Origin: Deltaproteobacteria bacterium
GTDB taxonomy: Bacteria > Desulfobacterota > Syntrophia > Syntrophales > JAFGIO01
DNA length: 49,828 bases
Reading direction: 5' to 3'
NCBI GenBank assembly: GCA_016929555.1
Contig: JAFGIO010000030.1
Coordinates: forward strand, 1-49,828
In this document: piece by piece, positions 19,487 to 32,238 of the stretch
How the letters are laid out: every line of letters starts with the position of its first letter
Numbering within the stretch: the first letter of the stretch is position 1
Translations under genes and position numbers: made by a program
Notes under the pieces: generated by a model
The model's input: only the letters and a program-made list of their open reading frames with translations
Database searches by the model: none
What the model was told of the DNA's origin: nothing

Positions 19487-20818
19487 ATGTTTACCTGTAA
19501 AACGGAAAAAGATGTCCTGAAGGCTGTAAAAGATAACAATGTGAGTTTCATTCAGTACTGGTTCACCGATGTTCTGGGCGTACAGAAGATTTTCAGCATC
19601 ACCCCCTCGGAGCTGCCGGAAGGTATGGCCGAGGGCATGGGCTTCGACGGTTCCTCCATCGAGGGATTCTGCCGGATCGAGGAAAGCGATATGATCGCGA
19701 AGCCGGATCCGACAACCTTCCAGTTTCTTCCCTACCGCCCCAGCGACCGGCCCGTGGCGCGCATGTTCTGCGACATCCTGAACCCCGACGGCACCCCCTA
19801 CGATGGGGATCCCCGCTATGTCCTCAAGAGAATGCTGAAGAAGGTCGGCGACAAGGGTTATACCTTCTACGTGGGTCCTGAACTGGAATTTTTCTACTTC
19901 GCCTCCGACAAGGCGCCGGAATGCCTGGACCGCGGGGGATACTTCGACGGACTTCCCGTGGACCGGGCCACCGATCTGCGCCGCCAGACGATCTTTGCCC
20001 TGCAGGACATGGGCATCCGCGTCGAATATTCCCACCACGAGGTGGCCCCGAGCCAGCATGAAATCGACCTCCGCTTCGCCGATGCCCTGGTGATGGCCGA
20101 CAACGTCATGGCCTACCGGGCGGCCGTGAAGGAGATCGCCCGGCAGAACGGCGTTTATGCCACCTTCATGCCGAAACCCATCTTCGGCCAGAACGGCAGC
20201 GGCATGCACACCCATCAGTCCCTCTTCAAGGGAACGAAGAACACCTTCTTCGACGGCCGCGACCCCTACAACCTGTCGAAGACGGCCAAGCATTACATCG
20301 CGGGACTCATGGTCCACGCCCCGGAGATCACCGCCGTCTGCAACCAGTGGATCAACTCCTATAAGAGGCTGGTCCCCGGTTACGAAGCGCCTGTATACGT
20401 TTCCTGGGCGCGCCGCAACCGGTCCGCGATGATACGGGTTCCCATGTACAAGCCCGGCTAGGAACATGCAACGCGGATTGAATACCGATCCCCCGATCCG
20501 GCCTGCAATCCCTACCTGGCCTTCGCCGTTATGCTGGCGGCGGGAATGAAGGGCATCGAGAAATCCTATCCGCTGCCCGATCCCGTGGAAGAAGATATCT
20601 TCGAAATGGACGAAAATGCCCGCAACGAGGCCGGGATCGCCTCGCTGCCCGGCAGCCTTTACGAGGCGCTCCAGGCGGTCATGGCCAGTGATCTTGTGAA
20701 GGAAACCCTGGGCGAACACATTTTTTCAAAGTTCATCGCGAACAAGAAAGTAGAGTGGGACCGCTTCCGGACCCACGTCAGCCAGTATGAGATTGACCGA
20801 TACCTTCCCATACTGTAG
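19487..20818 (+). pseudogene. glnA: type I glutamine synthetase, single 443-codon frame interrupted by one in-frame TAG at 20459-20461
   Basis: The two track ORFs (19487..20461 and 20531..20818) are in the same frame. The 23 codons between them encode [23 protein letters not shown], a conserved GS motif. Total length matches GS-I. Confidence 0.85.
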
Positions 20819-20875
20819 AAGGACCGGTCAGCGCAAGGACCCTTAACGACTGGCGGCAGTCGAAAGGATTGATGA

Positions 20876-20916
20876 AATCCCCCTTGCCCCCCTTCGGAAG
20901 GGGGGGTGGGGGGATT
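20876..20916 (+). terminator. GC-rich hairpin after glnA (terminator and/or intergenic repeat element)
   Basis: aatcccccttgcccccc-ttcggaag-ggggggtggggggatt: C-run/G-run stem-loop 58 nt after the glnA stop. It shares the core CCCCCTTGCCCC with the element at 45616-45653 (opposite orientation). Confidence 0.5.
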
Positions 20917-20964
20917 CTTGGATATTGCCGGTTCAAGCTTCTAAATTGAACCAAGGAAGGGTTC

Positions 20965-22203
20965 ATGGCCATCGGTCAAGAGGATCGTCCCGCCCTGCTT
21001 GTGCTTGAGGACGGGAGCGTCTATCCGGGGGCGGCCTTCGCCGGCGAGGGGGAGGTCCTGGGGGAAGTCGTCTTCAACACGGGAATGACGGGCTATCAGG
21101 AAATCCTCACGGATCCGTCCTATAAAGGGCAGATCGTCACGATGACCTTCCCCCTCATCGGCAATACCGGGATCAATCCGGAGGACATGGAATCGGACGA
21201 CATCCATTTGGAGGCGTTCGTCGTCCGGGAATATGAACCCCGTCCCAGCAACTGGCGGAGCCGGCAAAACCTGAAGACCTTTCTGGAATTCCACGGCAAG
21301 CTGGGTGTGGAAAACATCGATACACGGGCGCTCACGCGCCGCATCCGCAGCGCCGGCGCCATGCGGGGCATTCTGTCCACGGAGAGCCTGGACACGGACC
21401 TGCTGCTTGCACGGGTTCGCGCCTTCCCCGGCCTCGTCGGCCAGGACCTGGTCAGGACCGTAGGTTGCAGGAAACCCTATCTCTGGAAAGACGGCGCACC
21501 CTGGAAGGCGACCCTCACGCCACTCACCCCGCCGGAGAGAATGGGGGAGATTGTCCCTTCGGAAGGGGATATCCCATCCCCGGGGCGTCTCCGGGTGGTC
21601 GTTCTGGACTGCGGCGTCAAATTCAATATCCTGCGCAATTTGGAAAAGCGGCGGTGCGAGGTTATCGTCGTCCCGGCGGCAAGCACGGCCCAAGACATCC
21701 TGTCCTGGGAACCCGACGGTGTCCTTCTGTCCAACGGACCCGGCGATCCGGCGCCCCTGTCCTACATCGTAGAGGCCGTGCGCGGGCTTCTGGGAAAGGT
21801 TCCCCTGTTCGGCATCTGCCTTGGCCATCAGATCCTGGGACAGGCCCTGGGCGGCCGGACGGCCAAACTGAAATTCGGCCATCACGGCGTCAATCAGCCC
21901 GTAAAGAACCGGCGGTCGGGGCGCGTCGAGATCACCTCCCAGAATCACGGTTTCGTCGTCCTGCCCGAATCGCTTGGTGGTTCGTTCGAAAAGAGCCATG
22001 ACAACCTGAACGACCAGACCTCGGAGGGCATTGCCGTGGCCGACCTCGGGGCCTTCAGCGTTCAGTACCACCCGGAGGCGGCGCCGGGCCCTCACGACGC
22101 CGTCTATCTTTTCGATCGGTTTATCCTGGCGATGCGCGAGGCCAAAGCGGCTCGGACCGTCTTCACCGGAAAGAGGAAGGGCAGGGATGGAGGGTTCCGA
22201 TGA
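20965..22203 (+). CDS. carA: carbamoyl-phosphate synthase small (glutaminase) subunit
   Basis: [29 protein letters not shown] and HPEA motifs. RBS aaggaagg. Confidence 0.93.
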   Translation: MAIGQEDRPALLVLEDGSVYPGAAFAGEGEVLGEVVFNTGMTGYQEILTDPSYKGQIVTMTFPLIGNTGINPEDMESDDIHLEAFVVREYEPRPSNWRSRQNLKTFLEFHGKLGVENIDTRALTRRIRSAGAMRGILSTESLDTDLLLARVRAFPGLVGQDLVRTVGCRKPYLWKDGAPWKATLTPLTPPERMGEIVPSEGDIPSPGRLRVVVLDCGVKFNILRNLEKRRCEVIVVPAASTAQDILSWEPDGVLLSNGPGDPAPLSYIVEAVRGLLGKVPLFGICLGHQILGQALGGRTAKLKFGHHGVNQPVKNRRSGRVEITSQNHGFVVLPESLGGSFEKSHDNLNDQTSEGIAVADLGAFSVQYHPEAAPGPHDAVYLFDRFILAMREAKAARTVFTGKRKGRDGGFR

Positions 22204-23729
22204 TCCTGATCATCGATTACGGCTCCCAATACAACCAGCTCATCGCACGGCGCGTCCGGGAGCAGCACGTCTACTGCCAGATCGAACCTCCCGACATTAC
22301 CCCGGAGATCATCCGGTCCCTGCGCCCGGAGGGGATCATCCTCTCGGGCGGCCCGGCGAGCATTTACGAGGCGGGCGCCCCGAAGGCGTCCCGGGCGATC
22401 TTCGAGACGGGTATTCCCGTCCTCGGGATCTGCTATGGCATGCAGTCCATGGTGGCAGCCCTGGGCGGAGAGGTCATCGGCGTCCGCAAGCGCGAGTATG
22501 GCTTTGCGCAACTGCATATCCGGGAGCCCTCGCCGCTGTTTAGCGGCATCGCCGAAGAGACGACCTGCTGGATGAGCCACGGCGATTCCATCCGCCGCCT
22601 TCCTGCCGGCTTTCGCATCACGGCCTCGACGCCCAGCACGGAGATCGCCGCCATCGAAAACCAGGAGCAAAGACTCTACGGCCTGCAGTTTCACCCGGAG
22701 GTCGCCCATACCCCCGGAGGCAAAAAGATGCTGGAAAACTTTCTCTTTGCCGTCTGCGGCTGCCGCCGCAGTTGGACCATGCGCTCCTTCGCGAGGGAGG
22801 CCGTGGCGGAGATCCGCTCCCAGGTCGGTGACGGCCGGGTCATTCTGGGGCTCAGCGGCGGCGTGGACTCCTCTGTGGCGGCTCTCCTGCTGCACCAGGC
22901 TCTCGGGGAGAGACTAACGGCGATCTTCGTCGACAACGGGGTTCTCCGCCAGGGGGAAGCGGAAGGGGTCCGCGCCCTCTTTCGAAGGCATCTCCAGATG
23001 AACGTCCGCTTCGTCAACGCAAGAATGCAGTTCCTTGCCGCCCTGAAGGGCGTCGTCGATCCGGAGCGCAAGCGCAAGATCATCGGGCGGCTCTTCATCG
23101 AGGTTTTCGAGAAGGAGGCGCGCCGCATTGCCGAGGTTGCCTATCTCGCCCAGGGCACCCTCTATCCCGATGTGATCGAGTCCCGGTCCGCCTTCGGGGG
23201 GCCCAGCGCCGTCATCAAATCCCACCACAACGTCGGCGGCCTGCCGAAGCGGATGAAGCTCAAGCTCGTCGAACCGCTGCGGCACCTCTTCAAGGACGAA
23301 GTCCGGCTGCTCGGAAAGGAACTGGGACTGCCGGACGACCTGATCTGGCGGCAGCCCTTTCCCGGTCCGGGGCTTGCCGTACGCATCATCGGCGAGGTGA
23401 CACCGGGAAGGCTCTCCATCCTCCGCGGGGCCGACGCCATCCTCCAGGATGAGATCCGGGCCGCCGGCCACTACCGAAAGCTCTGGCAGTCCTTCGCCGT
23501 TCTGCTCCCGCTCAAGAGTGTCGGCATCATGGGCGACCAGCGCACCTACGAGCACATCATCGCCCTGCGGGCCGTGACGAGCGAAGACGCCATGACGGCG
23601 GACTGGGCGAGGCTTCCCCATGACCTGCTGGGCAGGATCGGAAACCGGATCATCAACGAGGTCCGGGGTGTGAACCGTGTGGTTTACGACATCAGTTCCA
23701 AGCCGCCCAGCACGATCGAGTGGGAATGA
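22200..23729 (+). CDS. guaA: GMP synthase (glutamine-hydrolysing)
   Basis: 509 aa. GATase GICYGMQ, ATP-PPase P-loop [10 protein letters not shown]-terminal ...PPSTIEWE. The start overlaps the carA stop (ATGA). Confidence 0.95.
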   Translation: MILIIDYGSQYNQLIARRVREQHVYCQIEPPDITPEIIRSLRPEGIILSGGPASIYEAGAPKASRAIFETGIPVLGICYGMQSMVAALGGEVIGVRKREYGFAQLHIREPSPLFSGIAEETTCWMSHGDSIRRLPAGFRITASTPSTEIAAIENQEQRLYGLQFHPEVAHTPGGKKMLENFLFAVCGCRRSWTMRSFAREAVAEIRSQVGDGRVILGLSGGVDSSVAALLLHQALGERLTAIFVDNGVLRQGEAEGVRALFRRHLQMNVRFVNARMQFLAALKGVVDPERKRKIIGRLFIEVFEKEARRIAEVAYLAQGTLYPDVIESRSAFGGPSAVIKSHHNVGGLPKRMKLKLVEPLRHLFKDEVRLLGKELGLPDDLIWRQPFPGPGLAVRIIGEVTPGRLSILRGADAILQDEIRAAGHYRKLWQSFAVLLPLKSVGIMGDQRTYEHIIALRAVTSEDAMTADWARLPHDLLGRIGNRIINEVRGVNRVVYDISSKPPSTIEWE

Positions 23730-23730
23730 G

Positions 23731-26991
<3,261 letters not shown>

Positions 26992-27001
26992 GGAGAAGAC
27001 G

Positions 27002-28417
27002 ATGTCGAAAATGCATGAAAGGGAGGAAAGGCCGCGGGATTCCTGCGGGGTCTTCGCCATTTCCGGACATCCGGAGGCGGCCCGGGTCGCCTTTTTCGGC
27101 CTTTTCGCCCTCCAGCACCGGGGCCAGGAAAGCGCCGGCATCGCCACCTCCGACGGCTTCCAGGTCTGGACGGAGAGGGGAATGGGTCTCGCCTCCGAGG
27201 TCTTCGGAGAAGAGAAGCTTGCGAGACTGCCGGGCAGGCTGGCCATCGGCCACGTGCGCTACTCGACGACGGGCTCCTCGGTCATCGCCAATGCCCAGCC
27301 TTTTGTCGTCCACCACGCCGAAGAATACTACGCCCTGGCCCACAACGGCAACCTGATCAACGCCAGAGCCCTTAGAGAGCGGCTGGAGACCCGCGGCTCG
27401 ATCTTCCAGTCCACCATGGACACCGAGGTGGTCGTTCACCTGATGGCGCCCTATTTCAAACACGGGCTCGAAAAGGCCCTCACAAGGGCCTTTTCCGAGA
27501 TCGAAGGCGCCTACAGCATCGTCATGCTGACCCGCGACCGGATCATCGCCGCCCGGGACCCGCGGGGATTCCGCCCCCTGTCTCTGGGAATGCTCAACGG
27601 GGGCTGGGCCGTCGCCTCCGAAACCTGCGCCTTCGATCTGGTGGGGGCAAGGCACGTCCGCGACGTGGAGCCCGGCGAGATCGTCGTCATCGGCGAAGAG
27701 GGCCTTCACAGCTACCTTCCCTATCCGAAGGTGCGGCACGCCCACTGCATCTTCGAGCTGATCTACTTCGCCCGGCCCGACAGCCAGGTCTTCGGCCAGA
27801 ACGTCTATCTCGCCCGCAAGAGCCTGGGGCGTCGGCTTGCCAGGGAGTACCGGCCCGAGGTGGATCTCGTCATGCCCTTCCCCGACTCGGGCAATTACGC
27901 GGCCCTGGGCTACGCCGAGGAGAGCCGCCTCCCCTTCGAGATGGGCATGATCCGAAACCATTACGTGGGGCGGACCTTCATCCAGCCCACCCAGCCCATG
28001 CGGGACTTCGGCGTCCGGGTCAAGCTGAATCCCGTCAAACCGCTGCTGGCCGGCAAGAGGGTCCTGATCGTCGAGGATTCCATCATCCGGGGCACAACGA
28101 GCCGCAACCGGGTAAAAAGCCTGCGGGAGTGCGGGGTCCGTGAGATCCACATGGCCGTCAGTTGTCCCCCGACGCGCCACCCCTGCCCCTACGGCATCGA
28201 CTTCTCCTCCAAGGGCGAGCTTTTGGCCGCCCAGAAGGAAAGAGAAGAGGAAATCGCCTCCTTCATCGGCCTCGACTCCCTCCATTACCTCACCCTCGAG
28301 GGCATGCTCGATGCCACGGGCATGTCCCCCGAGGGCTTCTGCCTTGCCTGCTACACCGGTCAATACCCGATCGTCCCGCCCGAGGATCTTGGGAAGTTCT
28401 GCCTCGAAATGAAGTAG
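27002..28417 (+). CDS. purF: amidophosphoribosyltransferase
   Basis: Propeptide followed by CGVFAI (Ntn Cys), PRTase motif VLIVEDSIIRGTT, C-terminal Cys residues for the [4Fe-4S] cluster. Confidence 0.93.
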   Translation: MSKMHEREERPRDSCGVFAISGHPEAARVAFFGLFALQHRGQESAGIATSDGFQVWTERGMGLASEVFGEEKLARLPGRLAIGHVRYSTTGSSVIANAQPFVVHHAEEYYALAHNGNLINARALRERLETRGSIFQSTMDTEVVVHLMAPYFKHGLEKALTRAFSEIEGAYSIVMLTRDRIIAARDPRGFRPLSLGMLNGGWAVASETCAFDLVGARHVRDVEPGEIVVIGEEGLHSYLPYPKVRHAHCIFELIYFARPDSQVFGQNVYLARKSLGRRLAREYRPEVDLVMPFPDSGNYAALGYAEESRLPFEMGMIRNHYVGRTFIQPTQPMRDFGVRVKLNPVKPLLAGKRVLIVEDSIIRGTTSRNRVKSLRECGVREIHMAVSCPPTRHPCPYGIDFSSKGELLAAQKEREEEIASFIGLDSLHYLTLEGMLDATGMSPEGFCLACYTGQYPIVPPEDLGKFCLEMK

Positions 28418-28504
28418 CAGGGATTCATTGCCTTTCAAAATGTTATCCAGTCACCGGACCGACGAAACAAATTAGTGAGTGCTTTTCCTGAAGTGCGCAA
28501 TTCG

Positions 28505-28533
28505 TTGACAGGTTCCGGACGTTGACCTATACT
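28505..28533 (+). promoter_or_regulatory. near-consensus sigma-70 promoter
   Basis: TTGACA (28505-28510), 17-nt spacer, TATACT (28528-28533), about 34 nt upstream of the ATG at 28567. Confidence 0.6.
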
Positions 28534-28566
28534 CGGCAAAAAAGCGAGATACGAGTCCATCAGACC

Positions 28567-29553
28567 ATGCCGGCGAACCTGCCCCCCGACTATTTTGAAG
28601 CGGAGCAGCGGTTTCGAGAGGCGAAGACCCCCGAGGCCAAGATCGAAGCCCTCGAAGAAATGCTTGCCATCATGCCCAAGCACAAGGGCACGGACAAGCT
28701 CAAAGCCATGCTGCGCGAACGGATCTCGAAACTCAGGGAAGAGGCGGGCAGGCGCAAGGGTGGGGCCAAGGCGCGAAGCGCCTACTATATCGAAAAGGAG
28801 GGCGCCGCCCAGGTGATCCTCGCCGGGCCGCCAAACTCGGGGAAGTCCTCCCTCGTCGGTCTCATCACCAAAGCCGTCCCCGAGGTGGCTCCCTTTCCCC
28901 ACACGACGCACCGGGTGACACCCGGCATGGCTCATTACGAGAACATCCAGTTCCAAGTCATCGACACCCCTCCGATCACGACGGAGTATGCCGACCCGGA
29001 ACTGCTCGATATGATGAGAAGGACCGACATCATCGTTATCCTATTGGATCTCGCTGCCGACACCCTGCAGCAGTTGGAGGACACGCTGGGCATCCTTCAC
29101 GGTGCCCGGATCTTCTCGCCCTTCTGCGACATTCCCGAGGGCCTGAAGAGGAAGCCGATCATCCGCAAGATGCTCGTCACCGTCAACAAGATGGACAGCC
29201 GGAAGCTCGAAGAGGACTTCGAGATCTTCCGGGAACTTTCGGGAACGAGGATTCCCTGTCTGGGCATTTCCGTCAGCGGAGGACGGAACATCACGGCCTT
29301 TCTGGAAAGGCTTTACGAGATGGCGGAGATCGTCAGGGTTTATACGAAGCGGCCCGGCAGGGAGGCCGACCGGACGGCCCCCTTCGTCGTGCCTGTGGGG
29401 AGTACGCTGGAAGAGCTGGCGGGTAGGATCCACAAAGATTTCGTGGGCAGGCTGAAATACGCCCGCATCTGGGGGCGGACGGTGCGAGACGGCCAGATGG
29501 TCCAGAGGGACTACGTTCTTCAGGATGGAGATGTGGCGGAACTCTGCCTCTGA
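28567..29553 (+). CDS. DRG/Obg-family GTPase with C-terminal TGS domain
   Basis: G1 GPPNSGKS, G3 DTPP, G4 NKMD, TGS-like C-terminus. The TTG start given by the track (28522) lies inside the predicted promoter, so ATG 28567 is preferred. Confidence 0.8.
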   Translation: MPANLPPDYFEAEQRFREAKTPEAKIEALEEMLAIMPKHKGTDKLKAMLRERISKLREEAGRRKGGAKARSAYYIEKEGAAQVILAGPPNSGKSSLVGLITKAVPEVAPFPHTTHRVTPGMAHYENIQFQVIDTPPITTEYADPELLDMMRRTDIIVILLDLAADTLQQLEDTLGILHGARIFSPFCDIPEGLKRKPIIRKMLVTVNKMDSRKLEEDFEIFRELSGTRIPCLGISVSGGRNITAFLERLYEMAEIVRVYTKRPGREADRTAPFVVPVGSTLEELAGRIHKDFVGRLKYARIWGRTVRDGQMVQRDYVLQDGDVAELCL

Positions 29554-29622
29554 GGGCCGCCACCCCGAGGAGGTCGCTCCGATAATCGGTGATCTTGTAA
29601 CAAGGCGAGTATTGAAATGAAT

Positions 29623-29649
29623 CGTCATTCCTGCGCGAGCGGGAATCCA
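29623..29649. repeat. short palindromic intergenic element (ATTCC-N-GGGAAT type)
   Basis: gtcATTCCtgcgcgagcgGGAATccag. A similar hairpin, gATTCCCtctgccgcGGGAATt, is at 39085-39106. In the ORF track it produces the WIPARAGMT-type pseudo-peptide. Confidence 0.4.
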
Positions 29650-29832
29650 GTGTTGTAAAAGGCCATAGACACCAGCTTTCTCGGGAGTGACAGGTTTTTT
29701 CCGAGGCAGCAAACCATGGGGAGGCAGCGATTTTGACGGCCATTAGGAGGTTTTTACTTGATAATTCCCTATGTTCCTTTCTTGTAAAATGTAACGGGAT
29801 CATGGGCGATAACAGCAACGGCGAGGTGAAGA

Positions 29833-31032
29833 ATGTTGACGGATGAACAAATAGAACGCTATGCCGACGTGCTCCTCTGGGCCTTGAAGGTCGCCCGCAG
29901 GGGCCGCTTCCACAGCAGGGACATCGTCCTGCTGCAGTACGATCGCCAAGCCCTGCCGCTGGCGGAAATCCTCTACGAGCGGATCCTCTCGCTGAATATG
30001 AACCCGGTCCAGAGGATGATCTCTACCGCCGTCATGGAACAGAGCTTCTTCGAACGGTCGAAGGGCCGCCAGCTCGCCTTTCTGGTCCCCGGTGACAGGG
30101 AGCTATACGGGAGTCTCAACGGGCGGATCTATCTCCGGGCGCCGGACTCGCTGACCCATCTCCGCCATGTGGAGCCCACCCGGATCGGAAAGGCCCTCCT
30201 GGCCAGGAAACCGCTGCGGGACATCATGGACAAGAGGGAGGATGCCGGCGTCTACGGCTGGACGCTCTGCACCCTTCCCACGGGTGAACTGGCCGGACAG
30301 GCGAGGCTCTCTCTCGATGAATACACAAATCAGATCGTCAAGGCCTGCTACCTGGATGAGGCGGATCCCGTGGGCCGGTGGAAGGCCATCCGCGCCGAGG
30401 TGCTGCGCCTGAGACGCTGGCTGGATGGTCTGCCCATCCGGCAGCTCCACATCGAATCGAACAACGTCGATCTGAAGATTACGCCGGGGGAGGGTCGGCG
30501 GTGGATCGGCGTCTCGGGCCACAACATCCCGAGCTTCGAGATCTTCACGTCGCCGGACTGGCGGGGAACGGAGGGCCGCTACTTTGCAAACCTGCCGTCA
30601 TTCCGCAATGGAAACTACGTCGAGGGCGTTCGTCTTACCTTCGAGCGCGGAAAGGCTGTGGGGATCGAGGCGGAGTCGGGCGGCGAGTTCGCTGCCAAGC
30701 AGATCGCCATGGACGGCGGGGCCTGCCGCCTCGGGGAGTTTTCGCTTACGGACCGGCGCTTCTCCCGGATCGACCGCTTCATGGCCGACACCCTCTTCGA
30801 CGAGAACCACGGGGGACAGTTCGGCAATTGCCACATCGCCCTGGGGTCCTCCTATACGGCGACCTTTGCCGGAGATCCCGAGACCCTGACAAAGCAGGCA
30901 AAGCGAAAACTCGGATTCAACGACTCGGCCCTCCACTGGGACCTCGTCAATACGGAGAACAAGCGGGTAACGGCCCGTCTGGCCAAGGGTGGAACGGTCG
31001 TCATTTACGAAGGCGGCGCCTTTGCGCGTTGA
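29833..31032 (+). CDS. M29-family (AmpS/PepS-type) aminopeptidase
   Basis: 399 aa. [19 protein letters not shown] and CHIALGSSY match the M29 metal-binding signature regions. Confidence 0.8.
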   Translation: MLTDEQIERYADVLLWALKVARRGRFHSRDIVLLQYDRQALPLAEILYERILSLNMNPVQRMISTAVMEQSFFERSKGRQLAFLVPGDRELYGSLNGRIYLRAPDSLTHLRHVEPTRIGKALLARKPLRDIMDKREDAGVYGWTLCTLPTGELAGQARLSLDEYTNQIVKACYLDEADPVGRWKAIRAEVLRLRRWLDGLPIRQLHIESNNVDLKITPGEGRRWIGVSGHNIPSFEIFTSPDWRGTEGRYFANLPSFRNGNYVEGVRLTFERGKAVGIEAESGGEFAAKQIAMDGGACRLGEFSLTDRRFSRIDRFMADTLFDENHGGQFGNCHIALGSSYTATFAGDPETLTKQAKRKLGFNDSALHWDLVNTENKRVTARLAKGGTVVIYEGGAFAR

Positions 31033-31084
31033 GGACCGGCTTCACAGCCGCAGCGGAGCAGGAGACAGTGTAGGGGGGAACAGT

Positions 31085-32209
31085 ATGATTGTCGGGTTAC
31101 CCAGAGAAATCAAACCCTCGGAAAACCGTGTCGGCCTCGTCCCCGGCGGGGTGGAGGTCCTGGTCAGGCAGGGTCATACCCTTCTGGTAGAGGTCGGCGC
31201 CGGAAGGGGCAGCGGCATCGGCGACGCCGAGTACGAAGCGGCGGGGGCGCGGATTGTGGCGGCTGAAGAGGCCTGGGACGCCGGCCTCGTCGTCAAGGTC
31301 AAGGAACCGGTGCCCGAGGAATATCCCTTTTTGCGAAGGGATCAGATGCTTTTCACCTACCTGCATCTTGCCGCCGATGAGCAGCTGACCAGGGTATTGG
31401 TCGAGAAGGGGACCACGGCCATCGCTTATGAAACGGTCCAGCTTGCAGATGGTACGCTGCCCCTCCTCGTTCCCATGAGCGAGATCGCCGGCCGAATGGC
31501 TCCCCAGGTGGGAGCGAAATATCTGGAGAAGCCATACGGGGGCCGCGGCATTCTCCTGGGAGGGGTGCCCGGCGTGGCGCCCGGCGCGGTGGTTATCCTG
31601 GGCGGCGGGACCGTCGGCACAAACGCCGCCAAGATCGCCCTGGGGCTTGGTGCCCAGGTGACGGTCATGGACGTTAATCACCAGCGACTCCAGCACCTGG
31701 ACGATATCTTCGGAGGTTGCATCATCACCCTGAGTTCGAATGAATCCTCCATCGTCCGGGCGATCCAGTACGCCGATCTGCTTATCGGGGCGGTTCTGAT
31801 TCCCGGCGCCAAGGCCCCAAGGCTCGTGACGCGAGATATGCTCTCCACGATGAAGAAGGGCGCCGTCATCGTCGATGTCGCCGTCGATCAGGGCGGCTGC
31901 GTCGAGACCATCCGTCCCACCACCCACGATCGGCCCACCTATGACGTGGACGGAATTATCCACTACGGCGTCGTAAACATGCCGGGGGCCGTTCCCCGGA
32001 CGTCCACCTTCGCCCTCACGAACCAGACGCTTCCCTACATCACGGCCCTGGCCGAAAGAGGAACAAGGGCCCTGGAGGGGAATCCGGCGCTGAGGAAGGG
32101 GCTGAACACCCATTGCGGCCGGGTTACCCATCGCGCCGTTGCCGAGGCCTTCGGCCTGCCCTTCACGCCGATTGCCGCAATCGAAGGCGCTGCGACGGCG
32201 GCCCTTTGA
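31085..32209 (+). CDS. ald: alanine dehydrogenase
   Basis: [23 protein letters not shown]..., NAD fold [14 protein letters not shown], 374 aa. ATG at 31085; the upstream part of track ORF 30989 overlaps the previous gene. Confidence 0.92.
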   Translation: MIVGLPREIKPSENRVGLVPGGVEVLVRQGHTLLVEVGAGRGSGIGDAEYEAAGARIVAAEEAWDAGLVVKVKEPVPEEYPFLRRDQMLFTYLHLAADEQLTRVLVEKGTTAIAYETVQLADGTLPLLVPMSEIAGRMAPQVGAKYLEKPYGGRGILLGGVPGVAPGAVVILGGGTVGTNAAKIALGLGAQVTVMDVNHQRLQHLDDIFGGCIITLSSNESSIVRAIQYADLLIGAVLIPGAKAPRLVTRDMLSTMKKGAVIVDVAVDQGGCVETIRPTTHDRPTYDVDGIIHYGVVNMPGAVPRTSTFALTNQTLPYITALAERGTRALEGNPALRKGLNTHCGRVTHRAVAEAFGLPFTPIAAIEGAATAAL

Positions 32210-32238
32210 CAACCGATCATGCAAAGGGGGTAACGGGA

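Noticed and set aside
20459-20461. Pyrrolysine or genome-wide UAG reassignment as the explanation for the glnA amber codon.
   Set aside because: TAG terminates at least four well-defined genes in this window at their expected lengths (pdxS, mnmG, purF and glnA itself). No pyl genes are in the window. It is kept only as a low-probability option inside the main finding.
28522-28566. TTG start of the GTPase ORF as given in the track.
   Set aside because: It falls inside the TTGACA-N17-TATACT promoter. ATG 28567 gives an N-terminus consistent with the family.
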